A DNA stretch of 34,369 nucleotides, from assembly GCF_001194135.2 (NCBI RefSeq), contig NC_068996.1:45031219-45065587 (forward strand), read 5' to 3'. The notes below the pieces were generated by a model that was not told the DNA's origin, did not search any database, and saw only the letters and a list, made by a program, of their open reading frames with translations. The translations under genes and the position numbers were made by a program. This DNA comes from Octopus bimaculoides. Taxonomy: Eukaryota. This document shows positions 22,461 through 34,369 of the stretch, one piece after another; position 1 is the stretch's first letter, and each line of letters starts with the position of its first letter.

Positions 22461-24103
22461 ATACTTGCTTCAAGACAAGTTAAATCATCCAAGGCTTTGT
22501 CGACAGTCCACCCAATCATCAGACGACGATTGATTAAGCAGCTAGTCAACCAGCCATCCTACTAACAAAGCAGGCAAACAAACAAAAAAATATAAAAGAT
22601 AGGAAATCTAATTATAGTTAATGTGAAGCTAGATTTCAAATTTGCATTGCTTCCATCAGTTAGGCCTGGAATAATTTAGGCACACGCCATTGAATAATTC
22701 CAAAGAAATATTGGAATAAATTTACTGTCTTACATGTTCTCTGTATTATTTTTTTATTGCTTTTTCTTCTCCTTCATCGCTTGTTTACTTGTTTTGTTTA
22801 ATGCTGGAGGTTAGAATGTTTAATGAGAATCGAGCTATAGAATTTCACAATAGTAGTCATAGAAGTGGTCTTGCCAACTAGACAGACGGAGTCGAAAGAT
22901 GACTGGAAAGAGACAAGGTAGAAATGTTAACTAAACACCAAAGTTTATGAATTGCGAGCAGATATACACTGTCTGCCGATGTTGACTTGATTAATGCAAT
23001 GTATAATTTTTATAGAATGGATGTAGATACTGACTAGATAACAAAACAATGTCTAAACTAATAACGACAGCGATATAATCTGCAAATGTTGATTTTATAG
23101 ATATAAATCTTAGATGTCATGAAAGTTATAAAACATATATGAATACGGAACACTATCACTTCTTTATGTATTAAGAGGATTGACAGAGATTGCCAAAATA
23201 AATATTGCATATATATATATATATATATATATATANNNNNNNNNNNNNNNNNNNNNNNNNNNNNNNNNNNNNNNNNNNNNNNNNNNNNNNNNNNNNNNNN
23301 NNNNNNNNNNNNNNNNNNNNNNNNNNNNNNNNNNNNNNNNNNNNNNNNNNNNNNNNNNNNNNNNNNNNNNNNNNNNNNNNNNNNNNNNNNNNNNNNNNNN
23401 NNNNNNNNNNNNNNNNNNNNNNNNNNNNNNNNNNNNNNNNNNNNNNNNNNNNNNNNNNNNNNNNNNNNNNNNNNNNNNNNNNNNNNNNNNNNNNNNNNNN
23501 NNNNNNNNNNNNNNNNNNNNNNNNNNNNNNNNNNNNNNNNNNNNNNNNNNNNNNNNNNNNNNNNNNNNNNNNNNNNNNNNNNNNNNNNNNNNNNNNNNNN
23601 NNNNNNNNNNNNNNNNNNNNNNNNNNNNNNNNNNNNNNNNNNNNNNNNNNNNNNNNNNNNNNNNNNNNNNNNNNNNNNNNNNNNNNNNNNNNNNNNNNNN
23701 NNNNNNNNNNNNNNNNNNNNNNNNNNNNNNNNNNNNNNNNNNNNNNNNNNNNNNNNNNNNNNNNNNNNNNNNNNNNNNNNNNNNNNNNNNNNNNNNNNNN
23801 NNNNNNNNNNNNNNNNNNNNNNNNNNNNNNNNNNNNNNNNNNNNNNNNNNNNNNNNNNNNNNNNNNNNNNNNNNNNNNNNNNNNNNNNNNNNNNNNNNNN
23901 NNNNNNNNNNNNNNNNNNNNNNNNNNNNNNNNNNNNNNNNNNNNNNNNNNNNNNNNNNNNNNNNNNNNNNNNNNNNNNNNNNNNNNNNNNNNNNNNNNNN
24001 NNNNNNNNNNNNNNNNNNNNNNNNNNNNNNNNNNNNNNNNNNNNNNNNNNNNNNNNNNNNNNNNNNNNNNNNNNNNNNNNNNNNNNNNNNNNNNNNNNNN
24101 NNN

Positions 24104-24160
<57 letters not shown>

Positions 24161-24254
24161 GTATATATATATATATGTATATATATATATGTATGTGTGT
24201 GTGAAGTAGATGTATGCTGTGAACTTAATGTGACAGTCCAATAAAGGGAATAAT

Positions 24255-24430
24255 GAATAATACTACTGCTATTTAGCCCTAAGAAGCAGCACCACTTTCC
24301 GTCGGCCTTAACACATTCCTGTTTCCTTATGTATACAAGAGGGAGATAAGTACCCCCACCCAGCTAAGCCAACATCCAGAGACTAGTTTCTGAGTCATCA
24401 CACGTCTTCAGTCTGGAGTAGCATGGCTTA
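24255..24430 (-). mobile_element. putative PLE pseudo-LTR / retrozyme-like unit carrying the hammerhead
   Basis: A GC-richer block containing the HHR. On the minus strand it ends in GTAGTATTATT-type repeats. Boundaries are approximate. Confidence 0.45.
24368..24422 (-). ncRNA. minimal type I hammerhead ribozyme motif (PLE-style)
   Basis: Minus strand: stem I UCCAGA/UCUGGA (extendable GCUA/UGGC); core CUGAAGA (24411-24405); imperfect stem II; GAA; palindromic stem III ACUAGU; GUC triplet (C17 = 24381). Confidence 0.8.
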
Positions 24431-24757
24431 TGTTTATTATGCATGCATATTAGTGTTAGGCTTAGCAATTTCTAAAGTTACACATTACAACAATCATTTA
24501 CTGACGGAGGCACTGAATTTTTGCGATAAACTGAATTTCATTGTACATATTGTATAAATTAAAACTTCGAGTTTCGCTTCTTGTGATTTGCTTGAACATA
24601 ATTTCAATGAAAGACTCATTTAATAAACTTCAAGGAACAAAATATTTAATTACAAACTTTAAGAATGGATTATACATACATACATTCATACATACATACA
24701 TACATACATACATACATACATACATACATACATACCCATGCACACTATCTCTCGCTA

Positions 24758-24760
24758 TAG

Positions 24761-24840
<80 letters not shown>
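24758..24840. repeat. (TAGA)n microsatellite
   Basis: Direct reading. Confidence 0.95.
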
Positions 24841-24841
<1 letters not shown>

Positions 24842-25078
24842 GAGATAGAAAAGGCATTTTTGGTTTTTGCCAAATAAACACACAGACTATATATATATTT
24901 TTTCTTCCCTCGTTTATTACTGTTTTTATTTTATTATCTTAACTCATGTCCATTGTCCGGAATTTTTTTCTTTATACATCCGTGACCTCTTCGGTGACAC
25001 TTTTTTATTCTCGTGTATGTTCTTGTTCCACCTACTCCATTTCGTTCTTCTCAGATGTGTATCATTATGTGCGCATGT

Positions 25079-25180
25079 ATGTGTATGTGTGTGGGTATGT
25101 TTGTGTGTGTGTATGTGTATGTGTGTGGGTATGTTTGTGTGTGTGTATGTGTATGTGTGTGGGTATGTTTGTGTGTGTGT
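25079..25180. repeat. 34-bp minisatellite x3 derived from (TG)n
   Basis: Unit ATGTGTATGTGTGTGGGTATGTTTGTGTGTGTGT, with GGGT anchors at 25093, 25127 and 25161. Confidence 0.9.
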
Positions 25181-25290
25181 CATAGATTTTAGCAGCAGTG
25201 TGGCCTTCCCCTTAACCTCATATGTATGTATATATCTTATATTATTACAATACAATATTATTTCCCAGCGAAATAAAGCACCGTAAAGGA

Positions 25291-25403
<113 letters not shown>

Positions 25404-26236
25404 CTCTCACACACACACATACACACGTAAGGGTTGACTCAGACCCCCACACACACATACACACACTCATCTATGTAAGCATTTTCGTACTTGTACACGC
25501 ATACACATATACAGACAATTATGATATTCTCAAGACGCAGCTATATCGTGATGTAAACATGAGTTTATGAAATGCAGATAGCGTACAACAGTAAAAAACA
25601 CTGTCTATGACAAATATATTCTATAAGCGTACAAAAGATATATTACATGTGCAAGAATAGATTGAGAAACGAATATTGATGTCAATTATGTGCTATATTA
25701 TATCTCGGGCTCACTGTATTATGCTATGTACAGTGTTTGACTGGATAGACACGGCGCACAGATATTGCAGGCATATTGATTGGTGAAGTCAGAAGTCTAT
25801 CTTTTGATAGACAAATCGTACAGTTGTTATTGCTGAATAGATACAATCAGTAAATAGTTGAAAGTTCTATGCAGCACAATAGGAGAATTTTGGTTTCAGA
25901 TTCTTGTCAATATTTTGGCATCAAGCAATAATTAACAAACATACAAATATATAAATAACTAAAAATATTAATCAAGATAAGTCTGTTGATTGTGATGGTA
26001 TTAGGAACTTGTAATACTTTCTCCACCATGCTATCTATGTCAGTTGAAACTCCAACATCAACAACGTAAGGACCAGCAACATGATGATCAATATGGTATC
26101 TTCGTTTTCTTCGTATTTATGATCACTGTTAGATTCACTATGTTCGTGGTAGTTATATGTGCGTGTTTTAGCGTGCGTGTAATAGCAAAAGTATGTGTGC
26201 GAATGCGAATGTATGTGTGTGTGTATGTATGTGTAT

Positions 26237-26314
<78 letters not shown>
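26237..26314. repeat. (GA)n microsatellite
   Basis: Direct reading. Confidence 0.95.
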
Positions 26315-26318
<4 letters not shown>

Positions 26319-26561
26319 GAGATAGTTTGTGGGTATGTGTCTATGTGTTTGTGTGCAGAAAAAGAAAGAGACTGTGTTAGATAGAAAGGGTGAAGAACAT
26401 CACGTGATAACTGAACTGCTGGGAGTTTTTCTCAGCGCATCATCTTCATTATCATGCTCTTTAGAAGCATCATCGTTATTCTGATAATGTTCATGCTCAT
26501 AATAACGAACATCATTGACGCCATTATCATTAAGTCTCTTAATTACGCATATATACACACA

Positions 26562-26613
<52 letters not shown>

Positions 26614-26884
26614 TATGTATATATATGTATATATATATATATGTATACATATATATGTATATATATATATATATANNNNNNNNNNNNNNNNNNNNNNNNN
26701 NNNNNNNNNNNNNNNNNNNNNNNNNNNNNNNNNNNNNNNNNNNNNNNNNNNNNNNNNNNNNNNNNNNNNNNNNNNNNNNNNNNNNNNNNNNNNNNNNNNN
26801 NNNNNNNNNNNNNNNNNNNNNNNNNNNNNNNNNNNNNNNNNNNNNNNNNNNNNNNNNNNNNNNNNNNNNNNNNNNNNNNNNNNN

Positions 26885-27208
26885 GTATATATGTATGTAT
26901 GTATGTATATATGTATGTAAGTATGTATGTAAGTATGTATGTATGTATGTATGTATGTATGTATTTATGTCTGCATGTATGTATGTATGTGTGTATGTAT
27001 GTATGTTTGTATGTATGTATGTATGTATGTATGTATGTATGTACGTATGTATGTATGTATGTATGTATGTGTGTATGTATGTATGTATGTATGTATGTAA
27101 GTATGTATGTAAGTATGTATGTATGTATCTAAGTATGTATGTATGTATGTTTGTATGTATGTATGTATGTATGTATGTAAGTATGTATGTAAGTACGTAT
27201 GTATGTAT
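26885..27208. repeat. (TATG)n compound microsatellite
   Basis: Direct reading. Confidence 0.95.
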
Positions 27209-27241
27209 AGAGTGTTAAGTGTGATTTACAGACATGGAATA

Positions 27242-27525
27242 CGGAGAAAAAATATCGCCAGAATTGTGGATTGTGGATAAAAATCTTTTTATTTCTTCAT
27301 TATTATTAGCGCTATCGTTTGTTTCTCGAACTTGTCAAATAAAATGTTGTAAATGTACAAGCACCTTGTTCATTTACATAAGACTGTTTTCTGAGGGGTT
27401 TTGTTTTGAAGAAGAGAACGCTGTTTTTTGGGGTGAGGTTCCATAGACAATGGAGATGGGTAGAAAGAAATGTAAGTAGGTAGATAGGCTGATAGATAGA
27501 AAGATGGATAGATAGGTAGAGAGGG

Positions 27526-27581
<56 letters not shown>

Positions 27582-27885
27582 GCCTACCTACCCAACTACC
27601 TACCTACCTACCTATCCATCGTTCTACCTATCAGCCTATCTATCTACCTATATTTCTATATACATATCTCCATTGTCAATGGAACTTTACCCAAAAAAGA
27701 CAAAAACAACGTTCTCACCTAAACACCCCACCCCCCGAAAAAAAAACACTTCTGCTTTATATAAATGAACAAGCTGTTTGTACATTCTCAAAATTTTATT
27801 TGACGAGTTCGAGAAACGAACGAAAGTGCTATTAATAATGAAGAAATAAAAATATTTTTTCCATAATTCTGACGGCTTTTTCAAC
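27242..27885. mobile_element. ~640-bp fold-back element (long diverged inverted arms, MITE/Foldback-like)
   Basis: 27291-27345 versus the reverse complement of 27793-27847 gives 50/55 identity. Similarity continues inward through GAGAAC..GTTCCAT.GACAATGGAGAT and (TAGA)/(TCTA) to a centre near GATC at 27525-27528. Confidence 0.8.
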
Positions 27886-28299
27886 ACACACACACACACA
27901 AACACATATACAGGGTGAGATAGGTAAATTGTCGTCATTTTATAGTTTTATTTTTGCGCATAGAAATACACCAACACCTGTTGCCAAGCGGTGGTTGTGG
28001 ACAAACACAAATACAATATGGATGCGTGTATACCCACACATATGTGCATCTGCATGTCATATTTCCCCTGTACATGCGTGTATATATACATACATTCACA
28101 CATACACACGCACATACCTATGCGCGCTCACGCACGCATATAAAAATATACGGACACATGCACGGATCCACACACGCGCGAATATAATTAGATGGTTGTG
28201 AAATTCAAGTATGAGTATGAGGGATGAGTTAGATAGGGGTTAGAAGTTAAAATATAGATTTATAAGGTCATAGGGATTACCTAAGGTGTATTGTGGAAA

Positions 28300-28620
28300 T
28301 ATACTGTATGGTTATTTTGGCATTTGGATTTGTGGTAGAATTTGAATGTGTGGAGAAAGCGGTGATTACATGTGTTTAGTGCCTCATTATGTTTATTTAG
28401 TAGAGCTGGAAAGTTGTGCTTTAATATGTGAAGTGCCTCCTTCAAGCAAAGTTTGCCGAGCGTTGACCTCAGTATGGAGGCTCTGAGTCCAGTATGGACC
28501 GTGATAGAGTACTCTATCTGGTAAATGGATTTCAAATCAAGATTGTATTGATTAATTTTCAACGGACAAACAATAAAAATACTTCCGACAACAAATACGA
28601 TAATCGTTTACTAAGCTGGA
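28300..28620 (-). mobile_element. second Penelope-like GIY-YIG endonuclease C-terminal fragment
   Basis: LKINQYNLDLKSIYQIEYSI..TLGKLCLKEALHILKHNFPALLNKHNEALNTCNHRF fits C.LCL.E..I...LLN.R.E...C.H. Confidence 0.78.
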
Positions 28621-29308
28621 AGGAACTACTTTTTCNNNNNNNNNNGATCTATATGAAAGTTATTTTTATATCTGTTTACTTATTCATTTATTCATATATC
28701 TTTTTCAGTTTGCCTATATTGAAAAGGAGGCAAAAGTTAGCAACGTAAATATGTTACATGGTTATCAAAGACATATCTTTTTAATGTTGTAGAGTTATCG
28801 TTATTTTACCGCCATGAGAATACGACAATCTTGGCAAGAAGAAGTATCAAGCAACTTGAGAAAATTCATAAAATATACACCTGAAAATTGTTATTGAAAT
28901 CGTTGCTGTTAAAAGAAGTAGCTGACATTGTCAATGTGAATTCAACAAAAGCTACAAAGCTACATGTAATAACGGGATGTTGTTTTCACTGTCCATTTTT
29001 TCCTGTCTTGGTTTGTGTTTGCTACCTTGGAATTCTCTATTTAGTGGGTTGATCCACTACTCAGGAAGAAACTATTCTAAGAGTGCGTCCTGCCTTACTT
29101 TCGAAACGCCTAGTTTAGAATAGAGGCAACTGATGAAGAATTAATCCAAGTGGCTATTTGTTTTCCCATGTGTTCGTTCCGTTGTCTGTAGTTCATTTTT
29201 CTAACGTCCTGTACCCGAATATGCATCTATATACACATGTAGATGCAAGTATGTACATATATGTGTGTATACATGCATATATATTCTTTGTATTATTTAT
29301 ATATATAT

Positions 29309-29340
29309 AGTGGCTGTGTGGAAAGTAGCTTGCTAACCAA
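29309..29340 (+). mobile_element. SINE group D head fragment (A-box region only)
   Basis: GTGGCTGTGTGGAAAGTAGCTTGCTAACCAA matches the start of the 31392 copy. Confidence 0.7.
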
Positions 29341-30143
29341 GTGACTCACTTCTGTTTTGTGGATTGCTTCCGTTTTTGTGTTTGTTGTACTGTAAGTCAG
29401 TCGTGTTTGTCCGTTCATTGGATTACCGATGGTGAACTGTCTTCATTATTGGATTGTACACTTGTTGGACTGTTTTACATTTGTGACGCCTCTCGGGGCG
29501 GAAGGTAAGGAATATTTTTAAAAAATACTCTGAAAATTTTACTTTTCTTGTTGGACAAATTGAACCTTATCAAGCCGTCATAGGCTTTTTTTTTGTTGCG
29601 CCACGTCCCCAAGCGGGGATGGGGGTGGAAGTGGAACTACTGTCCTCGTTTAGAGGAGATTTATTGTAGGTTTCCTCTTGTATTTTTAAACCATTGAACA
29701 TTTTCTTGTCGTTTTATCGTTACACACCGCCCAGTGGGGTTAGATATTGAACTACTGTCCTCATTTAGAGGAAAACTGATTATAGGCTTTCACTTTTGTG
29801 GAAGCGATACATTTGTGCATTGTAAACGTTCTTAAATGTTGATAAGCCTGTATAGACTCTATCACCTCACCCCGCCCCCGGTGGGGGTAGGATTTGAAAT
29901 ATTGTCTACAGGAAAAAAAGAAAATTATACACGTTTTTTTGTATTGTGGTCATGGGGGCGTAGTAGTACTTGTCCGTAAAGGCTTAGCTCTGCAGACAAG
30001 TACATTCTATGTGGACCCTGAAGGTGGACTGGTCATCCTTGATGTGACACAGCGGTAAGGAAATGCCGTATCACCGACAGGCACGGAAATGCCGTCTGAC
30101 CGACATGTCCAAAGTCTCAAGGAAGTACCGTCTCACGGATATG

Positions 30144-30336
30144 CCCTCCACCATCATTGCATATCAACCGATGTTGGTGTGTTTACATCCCCGTAAATTA
30201 GCGGTTCGGCAAAAGAACCGATACAATAAGTACCAGACTTACAAAGAATGAGCACATGGGTCGATTCCTTCGACTAAAAGTGGTGCTCCAGCATGACCGC
30301 ACTCAAATGAGTGAAACAAATAAAAGAATAAAAGAA

Positions 30337-30340
<4 letters not shown>
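30144..30340 (+). mobile_element. SINE group D 3' half followed by (TA)n
   Basis: AACCGATGTTGGTGTGTTTACATCCCCGTAAATTAGCGGTTCGGCAAAAG..GGTGCTCCAGCATGACCGCACTCAAATGAGTGAAACAAATAAAAGAAT. Confidence 0.9.
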
Positions 30341-30368
<28 letters not shown>

Positions 30369-30669
30369 GAGATGAAATATATATACATTTTAGTGCCAGT
30401 ACTTCATTAGAAGAAAAGAAAGAAAGAAAAAGAAATATAGGGAGAGAGTAAAAAGGAAAATGATTGTGTGGAAAAGGGAGAATAGAGGAAGGCGGAAGGG
30501 TTAGAAACCAGATGGCAAGCAGTTCTAAAAGAGGAGATAAAAGTGAAGAAATGATGATTATTAAACTGATGTATCGAAGTCTATCTGAAAGTATGGATAA
30601 AGATGAGTGGTGCGTGAGCTTAGGTTTTAGTGTGGAAGTTTGGTGGCGTTCGGCAGCAGTGAAGTATCG

Positions 30670-30705
<36 letters not shown>

Positions 30706-31011
30706 GCACACTTATGTCCATGAGAGAAAGAGGAGTAGAGAGCACCCCTTAACTATACAGACATATGTTTATACAACTTTGAGAAGTATTCCGTTATAAT
30801 ATTTATCCTATGTACAAAATCATATGATATTACCATTCTAGTAGTATATAGATGATATTTCTCCCTTATTCTATACATATAATACATCTTTAAATATCTT
30901 TCTATTTTTCTAAATCATGGACTCCTCACATACATACATCAACGTACCAGTTAGTAAGTTTAACACTGAAATTATTATATGTACGTAACGTAATTCCCAT
31001 TTTTCTCCGAT

Positions 31012-31133
31012 AACTTATACTTTGTAATCGTAGTACTTATCCTATCGGTGTCTTTTGCCGAACAGCTAATTTACGGGGACGTAAACACATCAGCATCATT
31101 TGTCAAGCGATGTTGTGGGGACAAACACAGACA

Positions 31134-31229
<96 letters not shown>

Positions 31230-31392
31230 CAACAGGCTTCCTTCAGTTTCCGTTTACCAAATCCACTCACAAGGCTTTGGTCAGCCAGAAGATATAGTAG
31301 AAGACACTTGTCCAATGTGCCACGCAGTGAGACCGAACCCGGAACCATGTGGCTGGTAAACAACATACTTATCACACAGCTACTCCTGCGCC
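31012..31392 (-). mobile_element. SINE group D with internal (TA)/(TG) microsatellite, 3' end truncated
   Basis: Head GGCGCAGGAGTAGCTGTGTGATAAG..CCACATGGTTCCGGGTTCGGTC, then a central (TA)n(TG)n tract, then tail GTCCCCACAACATCGCTTGAC..GGCAAAAGACACCGATAGG. Confidence 0.92.
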
Positions 31393-33019
31393 TATCTTAG
31401 ATATTTCTTTTAAAAACTGAAAAAAATTGTCTAATATTCGCTCAGGGTCACATGATGAGGTTAAATTATTTGAAACTATATTTTCTATTTATCAAAATGT
31501 AAAGAGGTTTATAGAAAAACGATGTTAATGTTTTGAACAGTATATTCATGAACCAAATTAAGAAAACACTTGAAAGTTTTTCACTAAAACAGTTATAAGA
31601 CTTACATTTAGTACTAACCTCTGTAATTCTAATATTTTAGTCCTTCCTTTCAATTTAGACTCTAATAGTTTCTATATTTATCATCTTCCAGTCCACTTTT
31701 CGACGAAATGCAATTTTGAATAATAGTAAAAATTATATTCAAATGTGGCCGTTTTCGCTAACCTACTTCAGTAATGTAATGAGATACTTTGAGACTGTGA
31801 TTGTAAATATTTAAACACTGCAAACCTGCTTGCAGGAATAAAAATTTATTTCAAACTTTTTTCTCGCATAATTTGCATTGCAATTTAAATATACGGTTAT
31901 ATACTGTCAGAAACCTCTTAAGTTTAATCTAATTGTCTTTTGCAATAAATCATAGATATCTAGAGATTTTAATTTAAAAAATAGATTAAGTATGATATTT
32001 CTGTAAAATATTTGCAAACTGAATTAATTATTTAAATTCTAAGACAAGAATATAGTCTTTTCACTTGTTTGTAATTACCTAACATAAACAATTATACCAT
32101 AACCATAACTATATTATAAAATCACAAATGTATTGTACTAAAGACCAACCCGCAAGCAGTTTACGCTTGCGTTACAATTTTATATAAATCGTTAAATGTT
32201 TTACATAAATACAGTCATTCAATTATTGTGTGTAATTTATCACTTCTACTCTTCAAAACTTTGGAGAACATGTTTATCATGTAGCAAATTTCCTATACCA
32301 ATTTTATAATCGCACAAAGACCAGAGAGTTTCAACTTCCAATAAATTCTCTCTCTTTATGTCCCTTGTCTTCAAGTGTCATCGGTCTTGGTACTCCATGC
32401 CAAAGTTGGAAGGTTCCTCAGTTTTCTTGGAAATCGTAGAGTAGGGTTTTCCCGTTGCTTTCTGTTGGTGCATTTACATTTTGCATAGGTAGTCTCCTGC
32501 GTTTCGAATTTCACCCTAGAGGTACAGGCCTGTTTAACGTCTATGGGTTTCACAAGGCATATACATAAAAAAGTGTGCTTTTCTGACACGTTTGTAGAGG
32601 TCAGCCTTGTATGTGCTAGCCTCAGGACTATATGCTATTTCATTTATACCTGGGACCTTTGACAGATACGACTATCCCGGTTCAGAATGCACTTATGAGT
32701 AGTGATGATTAAGGAATAACGTGACACTACCAAAATTCCTGAAGTCTCAAGCCGAAGCTTCATTACCAGATGCAGTTAATATCTTGATCAGTGTTGTATC
32801 ATGCTGATTAGTAATGAGAAACGAGTCTGCTAGTAGTTCACAACACTTTATCAACAACACATCAATTTACAAAGTGAGTAGAGGAACTGTTCCGGTAAAA
32901 ATATATTTTTACTTTTTTATAATATCGTTTGCTTTGAATAGTTCATTATTTTGGTTAGTTCATCTTTGGTGCTATTTTTGATTTCTAATAGTAATACGAA
33001 ATACTCAATCCAATTCATT

Positions 33020-33198
33020 GATGGATCAAATCCATACTTATCTGATCTTCCTGACACGTCTGCCCAGCTGTAGATCTGGTTGCAGCGTTAGATTAGCTGT
33101 AGCTGATATAGAGGGAGTCCACGGAGGCAGACATACAGTGAATATCCAAGAAAATGGGAGGTGTCAAGAAGATCAGAATCGTATGAATTTGTCCCATC
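33020..33198. repeat. imperfect inverted repeat, 41-bp arms (33/41), ~97-nt interior
   Basis: 33020-33060 versus the reverse complement of 33158-33198, counted by eye. Confidence 0.8.
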
Positions 33199-34258
33199 AA
33201 TATTTAGGGTTCTTTCGAAACTTAACCCTCTAGGCAAGCAATGGAGAGATCCAGTTTTTAAAATAAGCGCTGTTGTTCGTTTTGGTATCGTCAAATAGTG
33301 GCAGTGGATACATTTATATTTTTGTTAGTTGGATATATAAAATAACGAAGCAGGGGGAAAGTAAGTATTTACACGACGCACCACTATTACTGTTACACAA
33401 GACCCAACGCTGTTAACCACGGCTCATAGTGAACTGCTTACCAACCCGAACTACTAATCCCTCACAGTTCTTTGTTTTATAACAATGAGTCATTCCACCT
33501 TTTAGTCACTTGAGAGATGGTCAGAATCCTTCCACAACATACTGACAGCAGGCCGATGCTGGTGTTGATACTAACTAAAGGAACAGAGCTTGCTAGAGAC
33601 ACTAAATGTGTGGTTGGATTGTAGGCACTCCAAAACAACCGTTTCGAGGTTGAGGGAGTGCTTGCAGCGTCAAACATGGACATTGTTCAATGAATTACAT
33701 ATGTATAAAGACATATATATGTGTGTGGGTGAGTCCACGTGTGTGACAGTGTTTGTGTTTGTTTATATCGGTGTAACTCGGTATAACTACCTTCTTGTAT
33801 AGACGTCTAGAAATTTGGTAGCATTCTTTTGAAAGGACATTATTCTGATAATAAATTTTAACCATTCGCTCAATAAAGTTATATGGAAAAATCAGTATCG
33901 TGAAGGCCATGGCACAACGCGGTTGCAAGTCTAGTGAGTGAGGCCAGTTAAACAGCGAAAAGAAATATTTGATTTTGGCAAATGTACAGATGGAAACAGA
34001 AGCAAGAAAGAGGCAGAGCTGAGAATTCAAACAAATTATGTTTACGAAGGAAAACGGAAAAAAGATAAACGTACAAAAACATATGTGAAACAAACGCGTA
34101 AAAGGACTGACTCATCCATCAAAAAAAAAAAAAAGGAAAAATTAATATGTCAAGAGAGAGGAAAACCCATAAAATTGTCTTGAATAGAAGCGCTTGAAAG
34201 AAATTGTTTGAAAGAAATTCCTTCAATAAATCTGTGTTGGAACGACAAAAATAGCGCC

Positions 34259-34342
<84 letters not shown>
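34259..34342. repeat. (TATC)n microsatellite
   Basis: Direct reading. Confidence 0.95.
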
Positions 34343-34369
34343 ATCTATGTATCTGTGGGCTTGCGGCTC

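Noticed and set aside
27909-27960. TA-CAGGGTG.. resembling a Tc1/mariner terminus
   Set aside because: No partner inverted terminus or transposase found in the window.
32371-32700. ORF with FLCICLVKP..KQACT resembling GPCR TM3/ICL2, and a plus-strand acceptor-like site
   Set aside because: No DRY-like motif or flanking transmembrane segments; the similarity is too short.
33480-33690. Possible RTE-LINE relic (LERWSESFHNIL)
   Set aside because: A single short motif; downstream KAPG.DG motifs are not recoverable.

Overview
This is eukaryotic, AT-rich, microsatellite-saturated DNA from a gapped assembly (7 N-runs). The repeat families suggest a coleoid cephalopod, most likely Octopus (inference). 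It is probably intronic or intergenic: no intact protein-coding gene is recognisable, and nearly all ORFs in the supplied track are microsatellite or N-gap artefacts. Supported content: (1) about 18 copies or fragments of tRNA-derived SINEs in three head groups, with visible module and tail swapping; (2) a decayed 1.22-kb Tc1/mariner element with TIRs and TA TSD, whose catalytic spacing reconstructs to DD36E (Incomer-like); (3) two Penelope-like (PLE) GIY-YIG endonuclease fragments; (4) the 3' end of an RLE-type non-LTR retrotransposon inside a (TATG)n tract; (5) several fold-back structures. The most interesting signal is a set of hammerhead ribozyme (HHR) motifs. A perfect 70-bp-arm palindrome at 8551-8696 consists of two head-to-head type I HHRs, one per strand, with a U4C core variant. 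A minimal PLE-style HHR lies on the minus strand at 24368-24422. A third motif at 29085-29140 has all three HHR core segments in a non-canonical order (speculative). All alignments and pairings were done by eye; no database search or folding calculation was run.
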